This document shows, in pieces, positions 26,340 through 36,000 of a DNA stretch of 46,920 bases. Location: contig JAACCR010000065.1 in the NCBI GenBank assembly GCA_009937205.1, positions 1 to 46,920 of the forward strand. The letters are read 5' to 3'. Both the position numbers and the translations under genes were made by a program. Source of the DNA: Methanobacteriota archaeon (lineage in GTDB: Archaea; Thermoplasmatota; Poseidoniia; Poseidoniales; Poseidoniaceae). The notes beneath the pieces are model-generated. The model did no database searches. It saw only the letters and a program-made list of their open reading frames with translations, and was not told the origin of the DNA. The number at the start of each line of letters is the position of its first letter. The first letter of the stretch is position 1.

Positions 26340-26687
26340 ATGGCTGAGATCAATAGGATACATCCAAAGGAGCAAATGCGCCAAATGTCAGCAAGACAAA
26401 TGGTCGCAGATTTAAGAGCGAATAGGGCAATTGGAAGAATAGAATTGGTAGTTCTTAGGGTCTATCCACGAAGAATGGTTTCAACTTCTCGCTACACAGG
26501 TCCAGTTGCTGCTGCATGCGGTAGGGATGAAAGTGGCTTAGTGGGCATTGTTCTATGGGATGAGCAAGTAAAAAATGTGCAAATCGGGGACATCATTCGC
26601 ATAGAATCTGGCTGGTGTCGGGAAAGAGAGGGCGAACTTGTGGTTAGTTCGGGTAAAAATGGTAGGCTAACAGTCATCGACCGCTAG
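26340..26687 (+). CDS. Single OB-fold nucleic-acid-binding protein (SSB/RPA-like)
   Basis: IELVVLRVYPRR...VAAACGRDESGLVGIVLWDEQV...GDIIRIESGW...GELVVSSGKNGRLTVI shows the beta-strand pattern of short archaeal OB-fold SSBs. The track start is TTG 26319; the ATG is at 26340. Confidence 0.55.
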   Translation: MAEINRIHPKEQMRQMSARQMVADLRANRAIGRIELVVLRVYPRRMVSTSRYTGPVAAACGRDESGLVGIVLWDEQVKNVQIGDIIRIESGWCREREGELVVSSGKNGRLTVIDR

Positions 26688-26782
26688 GATAGAAATCGTT
26701 TTTGGTGGAGAGTTTTGGCCTTTTTGTCACGCAACCATAAAGAAGGGGAGGGCGTGGGCGACTTTGTTCCTGAGGAGTAATT

Positions 26783-26986
26783 ATGACTGAGAGAGCTAAG
26801 AACTGTACAGCGTCCGGTGTGCCATTGGCAGAAACCGGTTCAACTTCATTCCCTTGCCCAGGTTGTATCATACAATCTGAGAAGGGAGATACCATTACAA
26901 CTCCTACTATTATTGGCCGTAGCCCAAGATGTCGAAATCAAGGGGTTCTATACAACTGCCCGACATGTGGACATCAAGGTCCTTGA
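26783..26986 (+). CDS. Zn-ribbon RNA-binding protein (COG2888-type partner of aEF-1beta)
   Basis: 67 aa with CPGC...C...CPTCGHQGP. It lies immediately upstream of aEF-1beta, a conserved archaeal pairing. A GAGGAG SD is present. Confidence 0.7.
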   Translation: MTERAKNCTASGVPLAETGSTSFPCPGCIIQSEKGDTITTPTIIGRSPRCRNQGVLYNCPTCGHQGP

Positions 26987-26996
26987 GGTGATTTGA

Positions 26997-27269
26997 ATGG
27001 GTATGGTAGTAATGACCTACAAGGTCAATCCTGATTCAGAAGTAGAGCAAGTTGATGCTGATGGTATCGCTGCACAAATCATTAATATGGCTACTGAAAT
27101 CTATGATGTTCAAAAAGTAGAGGTAAAACCTCTTGCTTTCGGTCTAAAGTTCGTTCAAGTTCATGTTACAATGAACGACGGTGAAGGACTTGCAGATGCC
27201 TTTGAAGGACAAATGTCCGAAATTCATGGCGTTGGAGAAATTGAAGTCCTATCAATGGGACTAATTTGA
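26997..27269 (+). CDS. Translation elongation factor aEF-1 beta
   Basis: 90 aa. MGMVVMTYKVNPDS..., KPLAFGLKFVQVHVTMND-EG and GVGEIEV match the aEF-1beta family. Confidence 0.9.
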   Translation: MGMVVMTYKVNPDSEVEQVDADGIAAQIINMATEIYDVQKVEVKPLAFGLKFVQVHVTMNDGEGLADAFEGQMSEIHGVGEIEVLSMGLI

Positions 27270-27444
27270 GTAAATTCTTTCTCAAACCAATTTTATGAGG
27301 TTTTACCCGTCATTCATTCTTCTTCAATTAGGAGTTCGGTTTGGTCTTTAGCAACCTTCACCTTACCTTGCCATTTATGATAACTACAATATTGCCCTTC
27401 TTTCTTGACACCCCGATTCGTACGTAATGTCGTGAAGGACGGAC

Positions 27445-27597
27445 TTAGTCGAGAGTTGAATACTCACAATTGGAACAGTCTTCGTTACCTGCATCATCAA
27501 CCTCAAGAGATTTCTGGCCACAGTATGGACAAGTTTCTTTATCATTATCTCCGTAGAAAAACTTCCAAGCATCTTCGGCTACTCTACCTTTTACCAT
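27445..27597 (-). CDS. Small zinc-ribbon protein (50 aa), not in the ORF track
   Basis: Hand-translated: MVKGRVAEDAWKFFYGDNDKETCPYCGQKSLEVDDAGNEDCSNCEYSTLD, with CPYC...CSNC. The overlapping track ORFs (27384..27572 minus, 27405..27599 plus) look less protein-like. Confidence 0.45.
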   Translation of the reverse strand: MVKGRVAEDAWKFFYGDNDKETCPYCGQKSLEVDDAGNEDCSNCEYSTLD

Positions 27598-27707
27598 AAA
27601 TTCGGTTAGAAATGCTATTATTTGTCACTTTCGGAGTTTTTGAGCAATACATTTAGTCTCTTCACATGGTATTAGTGCCATGAAGATTCCTTACTGTGAA
27701 TAATATA

Positions 27708-27887
27708 TCAAGATGACGGAAACAGTTCGTCTCTTGTTCCCCATGTTCCAAGTCGGACAAACGCTTTCCAAAGTTTACTCGCTACGGGTGCTACTTCATT
27801 CGTGGATTTTCTGCTTTGAAATGGGTCTTTTGACAGCGCTGTATCTTGTTGCGACTGGTTGGTTCGCCAGCATTTTCTGATTTCCAT
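27708..27887 (-). CDS. Candidate 59-aa basic protein downstream of truD (uncertain)
   Basis: Hand-translated ATG..TGA ORF MEIRKCWRTNQSQQ...TRDELFPSS, on the same strand as rpoL-truD. It is fully overlapped by a 55-codon hydrophobic ORF on the plus strand (27713..27880), so the strand assignment is unresolved. Confidence 0.2.
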   Translation of the reverse strand: MEIRKCWRTNQSQQDTALSKDPFQSRKSTNEVAPVASKLWKAFVRLGTWGTRDELFPSS

Positions 27888-27955
27888 CTATTAGATCAGC
27901 ACTGTTTTTTTTTAATTAACAGTACTTACTTTGCATAATTATTCTATTCACTTAC

Positions 27956-29356
27956 TCAAATTTGAGAAAGTGGGCATTGCATGAATTCTCTTAGTAAAGT
28001 TGTAGCATAGCTTCCAGATGAAAGCGTGAAACGGAATCGGATACAAGCACCTTCGGGGTGCCACCGGCTATTATCTCCTGGACCGGCCTTCCACTTCTCA
28101 CCCATTGTGTCATCAGATGCGATAGGAACTGTATCAACGCTAAATTCACTATAGCCTGTTACTAAGGCTCGGCGTGTTCCCTTTGATGAAAGTCTTGAAA
28201 CCGCTTCAACATTCCAGGAAATATCTTGCAGATTCATTTCTTCTATTGCAGCCATTTCAATTTTACCTGCTTCACCTTGACAAGTTTTGATAATACTACC
28301 CGGCAACGGCCCAGTAGGAGTCAATCTTCCCAATTGGCAATTTCTTGTGATACGAGGCAAGGTTCTCTCTTCTATTATTACGCAACTTTTTGCATTAAGT
28401 TGCCCTTTTTCATCAATTCTTCCAACCAAGTCTCCAGCGATGGGTAAAGATATTGGCAAACCAGCCTTTATTCTTCCATTTAGGGATTTGTTGAAAATTA
28501 CAGATTGAATTGCATGGACGGTCATCAATTGCAAATTAGTTGGAAGTTTTTTGAAAGACCCTACCCAATCTTCTGGATACTTTACAATATGTTCGAGCAT
28601 TTTTCTCTCAAAACCTAACCATTTCGGCATATCTATCAGCGCTTCTGCATTAGGGCCATTGGTTCTGATATTTTCTCTAAAGTCAGCAACGTCAGCACTT
28701 TCATTGAATCCTGGCATCGAGAGGTAAGCCATGACTGCATCTTTCCACTGTTCATTGACAACAAATTTTCCAACTTCAGCAGTTACTGGGCGGCCAGAAC
28801 CAAATCTCTGAGGTCCGATCCAATTTGGGAATAAATCAGGTCCAATATTTTCAGCCATCTCATTTTTGATAATCTCAATTTCACCGAGTGCATCTTTTTC
28901 ACTCATTGGGCTTCCATCAGGATTAGAACAACCCCTGACTACTATAGTGAAGCGATTTCCTTTGTGATTACCCAAGCCAATTTTTTGATGAGTTCTACCT
29001 AATACCTGGATTGACACATCAGGTATCACTAAGTCAGCTACCTTCTTTTGAGGGGCATCAATAACAAATAATTGGCTGGTAACAGCTCTTTTGTCTTTAG
29101 TTCCAGCGAAAAAGATTCTATTGCGGGGAATTTTTAGTTCTCTAGCAAGATTTGTACAGAAGCGATTTGTCTCCCAGTTTGTCAAAGTGACTTTTGCAAC
29201 TGTGAATCTACCCTTGTTGTCTAATTTAATGCTAGTCGATATCTCGTCAACTCTAAAATCGCTGACTCTAGCTTTAAGAACGCCACCAATTCCAGAGGTT
29301 TTTGTAGCAAATCCCTCTAGTCCAATGGCTTGGGCCAATGGATCTTTATCGCTCAA
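27956..29356 (-). CDS. truD: tRNA pseudouridine synthase D (TruD/Pus7 family)
   Basis: 466 aa. SDFRVDEI and FFAGTKDKRAVTSQ (catalytic Asp block). A TTG start lies 5 nt after GTGAGGTGG, which follows the rpoL stop directly. Confidence 0.9.
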   Translation of the reverse strand: MSDKDPLAQAIGLEGFATKTSGIGGVLKARVSDFRVDEISTSIKLDNKGRFTVAKVTLTNWETNRFCTNLARELKIPRNRIFFAGTKDKRAVTSQLFVIDAPQKKVADLVIPDVSIQVLGRTHQKIGLGNHKGNRFTIVVRGCSNPDGSPMSEKDALGEIEIIKNEMAENIGPDLFPNWIGPQRFGSGRPVTAEVGKFVVNEQWKDAVMAYLSMPGFNESADVADFRENIRTNGPNAEALIDMPKWLGFERKMLEHIVKYPEDWVGSFKKLPTNLQLMTVHAIQSVIFNKSLNGRIKAGLPISLPIAGDLVGRIDEKGQLNAKSCVIIEERTLPRITRNCQLGRLTPTGPLPGSIIKTCQGEAGKIEMAAIEEMNLQDISWNVEAVSRLSSKGTRRALVTGYSEFSVDTVPIASDDTMGEKWKAGPGDNSRWHPEGACIRFRFTLSSGSYATTLLREFMQCPLSQI

Positions 29357-29369
29357 AAAACCACCTCAC

Positions 29370-29627
29370 TTAGAGGTTTAATGAATCATATTCACTAGAT
29401 AGAGATTTAACAATCTCTTTGAGAATCTTTTCTGCATCATTCTTTCCAGTTGTGCGGATGTAGAATTCTGGGTCATCCAATTGCGGGTGACCTGGGAAGT
29501 AGTTTGCATATTCGACTTTGTCGTGACTGTTAATTCGTTCACGTAGCATTTGTAGAGCAGTATGGCTCTCTCCAATGATACGAAGTCGCAGTTCATTTTT
29601 TTCGCGGAGTAGTAACTTAACCGGCAT
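29370..29627 (-). CDS. rpoL: DNA-directed RNA polymerase subunit L (Rpo11)
   Basis: LRIIGESHTALQMLRERI...VEYANYFPGHPQLDDPEFYIRT fits the Rpo11 pattern (GEDHTL..., HPL...). The ATG is at 29627; the track starts at TTG 29636. Confidence 0.85.
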   Translation of the reverse strand: MPVKLLLREKNELRLRIIGESHTALQMLRERINSHDKVEYANYFPGHPQLDDPEFYIRTTGKNDAEKILKEIVKSLSSEYDSLNL

Positions 29628-29734
29628 GATAACCAATCCGGCCTACGAGGCTTCTCCTTTGAACCTTGTGGATTGAATGATGCTCAAACAATTCAGATTT
29701 TAACCATCATTTTTGAATATTGAATTAATTAGAA

Positions 29735-32374
29735 ATGGTCAAAAACAATTGTTTCAATAATCTTGCCACCATCTCTCTTTTGAACCCTCATGCTTTGGAC
29801 GATTCAATGGATACTGATGAGATGGAGGCAAAAGTGGCGAGCGTGTCACATTATTTCCGTCGCAGTGCGATTCCATTTTTGGTCGTAGCAGGTCTACTTA
29901 CAATAGCATTAGCAACTAACTTGGTTCTTTCTCCACCGACTTTTAAAACCGATTTATCTGAGTTCGCACCAGATTCTGAAGGCCAAGATGCGCATAATAG
30001 AATCCATGCTTTTTTCCCCAATGAAACCAGACCATTATTTGTCCACGTGACAGTTGATGATGGAGGTAATATTCTCGCTCTTGAGAATCTTAAATTAATG
30101 GCCCAGCATTTAGATCTGTTACAAAATAATAATTCACTCATTGACAATAAAATTCCAGTATGGACCACCGCTCCTAGTATTATTCAAATAAGCCTAAATG
30201 AAGAAGCAAATGGAACTAAGTTAGCAGATATTGAAAGTTGGAATAATATGGTTGACCTAATCGTAGAAGATGATATCGAATGTCGGCTTACTTCAGATGA
30301 CCAATTGTTAAGTGCTGCAACCTATGCATCTTCGGCATTATTACATCAGGATTTAGATATTTCACCCACCTGCTCATATCTCGATGATGGTAGCGGAGAC
30401 GCAACACCAACAGCCTCATCCACATTATGGGTGCTGGAAATCGATCCCGATATGCCATCTCAGCATAGGAAAATATTTCAGGACCAAATAAGAGATGAGT
30501 TTGCACTATTAAGCGACAACTCAGAATTAACCTATAGCGTAGTTAGTCTTGATTTGATTTCTCATGATATTGATAAAGGAACATTTGATAATTTAGCAAC
30601 CTTGATTATTTTGGCATTATTGGTTGTAATAATATTGTTGTCGATAGCGTTTAGGTCTATTAGAGGAGTCATATTCCCGCTTATTGGATTATCTTCGGCA
30701 TTGATATGGACCTACGGTACACTCAATATTATGGGTGCGCAATTTAGCGCACTCGAAGTTGCAGTAGCGCCTCTAGTTTTGGGATTGGGTATAGATTATG
30801 CAATACATTTGCAAAGAGCATATGTTGCGATTCGTGAGGATTATCCTGACCCAGCAGAAGCATGGGCTCGTGCTGGTACTAGGCTAAGTGTGCCGTTGCT
30901 ATTGGCAGTAATTACTACCGTCGCTGCATTCCTAGCAAATATGATTTCACCTTTACCACCTCTAGCAACATTTGGTTTGGCATTGGCAATAGGAGTGGTA
31001 TGTGCATTCTTATCCGCCACCCTAATCGTCGGTTCCTTACACATTATTTTTGACGCACCTTTGAGGGACGCATCCAAGCATTCTATTCGCTTGCCTCGTG
31101 CCACAAATATCTTAGTAAGGATTCATCAGAAGAACCAAGTTCCTGTTCTTTCAGTTGCAATTATCATTTCAGGTTTGTCCATAGCAGGTGCATCCACCTT
31201 AGAAACAGATTTTGACCTAGCCGATTTCATTGATTCAGATATGCCGATAATGTCTGTTAGAGATGAATTATCAACATCATATGATAGCGCTGGATGGAAG
31301 ATGGTTTACATCTTAATGGAACCGTTGGAAGGAGAGAATGTAATACCCGATGATGAGATTCTATTAAATCAAATGAGAGGTTTACACGCAGATTTAGAAT
31401 CCAACCATGATGTGGTGGGCACAGATGGAAAAACATCTTCACCTTCTTATGATGGGCCATATGTGGTGCTAAGAGATGCTATTTTGAGAGATTCAAACTT
31501 TGGTGAAGCCTACAACATGGAAGTCTTTGGAGGCGAGGTATACATGAAAGATCATAATGGTGAACTTGATTTGGGGGCTGCATTTTCAAATCTTTCAATC
31601 AATCAATCCATAGCCGATGCTTTGAGTGGTGAAACTTGGTTAGAGCGAATACAGAATACCGTTAATCTTCAAGGCGAGGATATCATTCATCTAAGGAATG
31701 AAGTTCGCGTAGAAGCAGCCACATCATCACAGTCAAAGAGAGTAGTAGATAATTTTGAGAATATGCTCGGTTCTGAGGACGAAAGTGGAACACTTCGTTC
31801 TAGTCTTAGTGGACATGGCCAAATTTACATCACAGGAGATTTGGTAATTTTACAGACAGTATTAGAGGGGCTAAGTGAAAGTCAATTAGAATCAACCTTG
31901 ATATCCTTGATAGTATCATGTGCTGTATTATTGATATTGACTAGAAGAATACTGCCAGCGATAATCGTTCTATTCCCAGTTGGGTTGTCATCATTGTGGG
32001 TAGTAGGTTCAATGGCCGCTCTTGGCTTGAAATGGAATGTGCTAACAGTAATGGTTACTGCCTTGACATTGGGTATTGGAATTGACTATTCAATACATAT
32101 GTGGCGTCGTATTGAAGTTGAATTAAAACGCCAAGAGAATCACTGGGAAGCTTTACGTGCAGCATTATCGACTACAGGAGTTGCATTGATTCTGAGTGCA
32201 TTGACAACTGCCTTTGGTTTCTTAGTGCTATTGTTTTCACCTATGCCGGTGATAAAGGATTTCGGATTGATTACAGCCGTAACAGTGTTCTTTTCCCTTA
32301 TCCTTGCTCTTATTCTATTACCAGTTCTTGTTGAAATGGTTGAGCGTAGTAAAGAAATCGAAAGGATATCTTAA
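29735..32374 (+). CDS. RND-superfamily exporter (COG1033 / MMPL-like), second paralogue
   Basis: 879 aa. GLGIDYAIHLQRAY and GIGIDYSIHMWRRIE lie in two TM bundles. The start could instead be the Met at 29807 (MDTDEMEAKV). Confidence 0.8.
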   Translation: MVKNNCFNNLATISLLNPHALDDSMDTDEMEAKVASVSHYFRRSAIPFLVVAGLLTIALATNLVLSPPTFKTDLSEFAPDSEGQDAHNRIHAFFPNETRPLFVHVTVDDGGNILALENLKLMAQHLDLLQNNNSLIDNKIPVWTTAPSIIQISLNEEANGTKLADIESWNNMVDLIVEDDIECRLTSDDQLLSAATYASSALLHQDLDISPTCSYLDDGSGDATPTASSTLWVLEIDPDMPSQHRKIFQDQIRDEFALLSDNSELTYSVVSLDLISHDIDKGTFDNLATLIILALLVVIILLSIAFRSIRGVIFPLIGLSSALIWTYGTLNIMGAQFSALEVAVAPLVLGLGIDYAIHLQRAYVAIREDYPDPAEAWARAGTRLSVPLLLAVITTVAAFLANMISPLPPLATFGLALAIGVVCAFLSATLIVGSLHIIFDAPLRDASKHSIRLPRATNILVRIHQKNQVPVLSVAIIISGLSIAGASTLETDFDLADFIDSDMPIMSVRDELSTSYDSAGWKMVYILMEPLEGENVIPDDEILLNQMRGLHADLESNHDVVGTDGKTSSPSYDGPYVVLRDAILRDSNFGEAYNMEVFGGEVYMKDHNGELDLGAAFSNLSINQSIADALSGETWLERIQNTVNLQGEDIIHLRNEVRVEAATSSQSKRVVDNFENMLGSEDESGTLRSSLSGHGQIYITGDLVILQTVLEGLSESQLESTLISLIVSCAVLLILTRRILPAIIVLFPVGLSSLWVVGSMAALGLKWNVLTVMVTALTLGIGIDYSIHMWRRIEVELKRQENHWEALRAALSTTGVALILSALTTAFGFLVLLFSPMPVIKDFGLITAVTVFFSLILALILLPVLVEMVERSKEIERIS

Positions 32375-32378
32375 GCAC

Positions 32379-32882
32379 TTATCTGACAGCCAGGGCATCT
32401 ACTATCTCTTGCATTTGGAGACCTTGTTCTCTAGCTACGAGGGCTAGACACATCCAGTTGGTAGCAACTGCTAGGGACTTATGTTTCCTATTGGCTCTAC
32501 GTTCAACTTCTTCAACTTCAATTTTTGTAGTTTTAGCAATAAATTTAGTCAAGCGTTTGGTTAATTTAGCTCTTGGATCTGAATGATTTTCCTTTTGATT
32601 AATAATTTCTATTTTCTTAGTAGGGGTGGCATCAATTGTAATTACTTCCTCAACTAATTCAGAAACTACCGTTTCATTTGTTTCTTCGTTCAATTTTACT
32701 GAAACTGGATTTGTCAAACGGCTAGGGCGGGGAAACCATCCCAATGGGGCGGTGACTCCTGAAATATTGATGCTCGGGGTAAGAGCATTTTCTTCTCCGC
32801 ACAACCACCCGGCAGAGATTAAAGATTGAACTGCAATTTCAGCATCATCTGGAGATAGCCATTCCATGTCAAATGATAACAT
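32379..32882 (-). CDS. DUF2240-like archaeal protein (as delimited by the first ATG after an in-frame TGA)
   Basis: 167 aa. LSFDMEWLSPDDAEIAVQSLISAGWL...INISGVTAPLGWFPRP resembles the archaeal DUF2240 family as I recall it (recognition level only). Confidence 0.55.
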   Translation of the reverse strand: MLSFDMEWLSPDDAEIAVQSLISAGWLCGEENALTPSINISGVTAPLGWFPRPSRLTNPVSVKLNEETNETVVSELVEEVITIDATPTKKIEIINQKENHSDPRAKLTKRLTKFIAKTTKIEVEEVERRANRKHKSLAVATNWMCLALVAREQGLQMQEIVDALAVR

Positions 32883-32927
32883 GCGTTCAACATCTATGGC
32901 ATCTAGTGGCTTTCCATCACGAAATCA

Positions 32928-32996
32928 AATAGCAAGAACTGTACGGATATCCCCAACATCCGCGTTCCCCATAAGAACTACATGGAAAGCCGACAT
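32928..32996 (-). pseudogene. Possible 5' portion of the DUF2240-like gene, separated from it by one in-frame TGA (32925-32927)
   Basis: ATG 32996, then MSAFHVVLMGNADVGDIRTVLAI, then TGA, then FRDGKPLDAIDVER, then the annotated Met. All are in one frame. Confidence 0.35.
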
Positions 32997-33023
32997 TCAA
33001 AAAGTTGAGGGATGGAAATTCAA

Positions 33024-36000
33024 TCATTCAATCCGAGTAAAAGATTTATCTTCATTCAATAACCATTTGCCGCACTTTTCTCCAATGTAATAAGTGGCGT
33101 CAGAAGTATATTCATAATCACCACCTCCTGGTAATCCATTCCAATCAACAACAATTGTTGAAATCGGCTGTGCTATCTCTTCAGAACTTGTTTCAGAAGT
33201 TTCCGTTGATTGTGGGATAAGTGAATCCAAAGCACCGAAATGTGCAGCAGCAGTAGCTTGTAAATCCACTTCAGGTTGTGTGTCCTGGTCTTGGCTAGGC
33301 TCTGCGCCTTCGACACTACTTGTGGCTAATTTAGAGACGCCAGGAGGGCCATTCTTCGGCTTTGGCTTACCAGGTGGACCATTCTTCGGTTTTTCCTTAC
33401 CAGGAGGGCCACCTGCTGGCTTAGTATTGTTTTCGATTGATGGTGGCTCACCTTTTGAGTTCTCATTTACAGATTGATGGGCCAGTTCATCAAGATCTGA
33501 ACTTCTCTTCTTGAGATACAACACAGCTCCAATTAGTGCAATGACTCCTCCACTTGAAAGTGCTATTAATGCGGTTGAAAAGCCCTGGTTTGCACCATTA
33601 TAATCCTTAGTCCAGATATTATTTTCTTCATCTAATTCCCAGATAAATTGTTCATCATCAACAGAGATAAGTAATGTCCATTCTCCATCAGGTACGGTAA
33701 TTCTAGAATTCATTGTAACTGCAGTATTTTCTCCTAGTTCGTTTAATAATTGGCGGGCTACAATGGTTTTCTCATCATCTTGAACGATGAAAATACTTAG
33801 ATTGAAAGGTTGTTGTATTCTTTCTCCAGCATTAATCAATTGCACTTTTAACGATAATTTAGACCCTGCCGATGTATCGCCAGATATTTTTATTTCTCCC
33901 AAGTCTAAGTCCGGTCCGATATTATTCAAAGTGCTTTCAAGCCACGGTGATAATTCACTATTTCCGTTTTCTGAATTAAGTTGCCATCCAGCATCATCGT
34001 AGCCATCTGCCCAGCAAGCAATTCGTGCTTGATTTGATAATAATGAAGGATCACCTAGACTGCTAAAGTCGAAATTGAATGCAAACATTGTTTTTCCGTC
34101 GAATATAGTGCTTGATTCTCTAGAAAGGGTGACCGGTTGCCAATTTTGTTCAGTTGATCTCACTTGACAAGTAAGAGATAAATTTGAACTCCAAGATTGA
34201 GGTTCATCCACATTTACACCGATTTCCACATTATTCAGGTGATACCTAGAAATTCCACTTGTCAATTGAGATTGTAAAATCATTGGCGGGTCAGCATCAA
34301 CAACGATATCTGGTAGGTCGATTTCAAGTAATTTCTCACTATCCAGTGGATCCCAAATACTAATTTTAGCATCATGGATTAGTCCGCTTTCAATTGGAGT
34401 TGAGAATGCTAATGATAATTGGCCATCAATGATATCAGCTGTCAATCCGCCCTGCCAGATTTCATTTTGTATTTTCCCAGACCAAAAAACACCCAACTGT
34501 CCATTGTAGTTTTTATCCGAAATGAGGTGTTTAACCGATGCCTCAATTTCAATCATATCGCCTGCCATTACCTTAGGATTGTCGCCAAGGGTTCCATTTA
34601 CAATCCCGCTTACATCCATTAAACTTTGAAATTGAACATCCAAGGCTCGCTCAAGAGACCATTGATTTTCCTGTGATTGACGAGTTGCACCATCATAATC
34701 GCGAACGATGACATCTAATTCACCACCTATCAACCCCGTTGTTGTTAATGTCCAATCAACCGTTGCCCACATTTCTACAGTCATTTCACCATTGGATATA
34801 GTTGCAATACAGTTTGAAGAATTAACCAACAATCTGCCATCAAGAGAACTACAAATTCCTTGATGTGGTAAATATTTGATACCAAGATTTGAATCTCCAC
34901 CCAATTCTATTTTGAATTCATTAAGGTCTTCCATTTCATTTGAATCGCTCGCAGTAATACTCCAACCGATTTGACGAGTAGGTTCAAGCCGTTGTCCAAT
35001 GTTGGTGATTATTTCACCAAGCGGGGTAATATCTGTGATAACTGCTTTTTGAGGGTCGCGACTAATCCACCAAGAAGTTCCATTATCTGCGGAAATATCT
35101 AGCAATGAATGGTTAGATACATCCGTTCCACTTAGCATGGTGCGAACAATCTGATGATCACCATTCCCCGAATCATTAACAGTCATATTCAGATACCAAA
35201 TATTGGCTGAATTTACAATAGAGAAATTACGTTGTTGATATTCACCAATCTGGGCAATTCCATCCACTGGGTTGCCATCATAGCCATCATCTCTATCTTC
35301 AACCCACACTGACATTTGAGTTGTATTATTTGTGAATCCACCCACGTTGTAAATTTGTATACCGTACAAACGATTAGCATCTCGGTTGATATATCCCCCA
35401 TCAGTAATTGTGGTAGATAGCATTACTGGAACTTCAATATTTAGAATAAAATTATGTGGAGTCTCATTAACGTTCAGGATTAAATTATCCATAGTTGTTG
35501 CTTCAATCCAAATACTTGATTCTCCCGAGACATTTTCTGGAAGAGTATATTCAATATTTGTTTCTTGACCAATGTTGAGGGAGAACCATCCAGTTGTAGC
35601 ATTAGCCCAAACATCCTTGCCGTCTTCTGTTTGATTGAATTCTATAATATCCAAATGTACGCGTGCCTGTATAGATCCAGACAATAATTGAGTTCCAGAT
35701 GTTGTGAAATAATTCTCAACAACCAAATTTAGTTTGGTTAATTCTGGAACGATTTCATTTTCTTGAAGTGTGTAGTTACCTTGACTAGTAAAGTTTGCTG
35801 AAATAGATTTGATACTCACATCTACTTCTTTATCGATGGTAATAGGAGTTGCATGGGTATATGTTGTATTCCTCAATCCTACAGTTTGAACCCGCATTAG
35901 AATATAGTCTGTAGCGAGGCCCTCGGATAAGGAGAATTGCCAATCCATTGATTGACCATCTTGGTTACTCAAATTTTCTTGAACAGATGTCTGCGAAGAT

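Noticed and set aside
26018-32927. The idea that the internal TAG (rlmE) and TGA (DUF2240-like) indicate a reassigned genetic code, pyrrolysine or selenocysteine.
   Set aside because: Within this window TGA ends most well-supported genes, and TAG ends at least four (HAD, RND exporter, OB-fold, HEAT protein) at positions consistent with family lengths. No pyl or sel genes or SECIS-like hairpin are evident nearby, and neither position is a plausible redox-active site.
32866-33090. A 74-aa plus-strand ORF bridging the gap between the DUF2240-like and Kelch genes.
   Set aside because: It overlaps the ends of two well-supported minus-strand genes, and the minus-strand frame through this gap gives a more plausible protein continuation (see the TGA finding).
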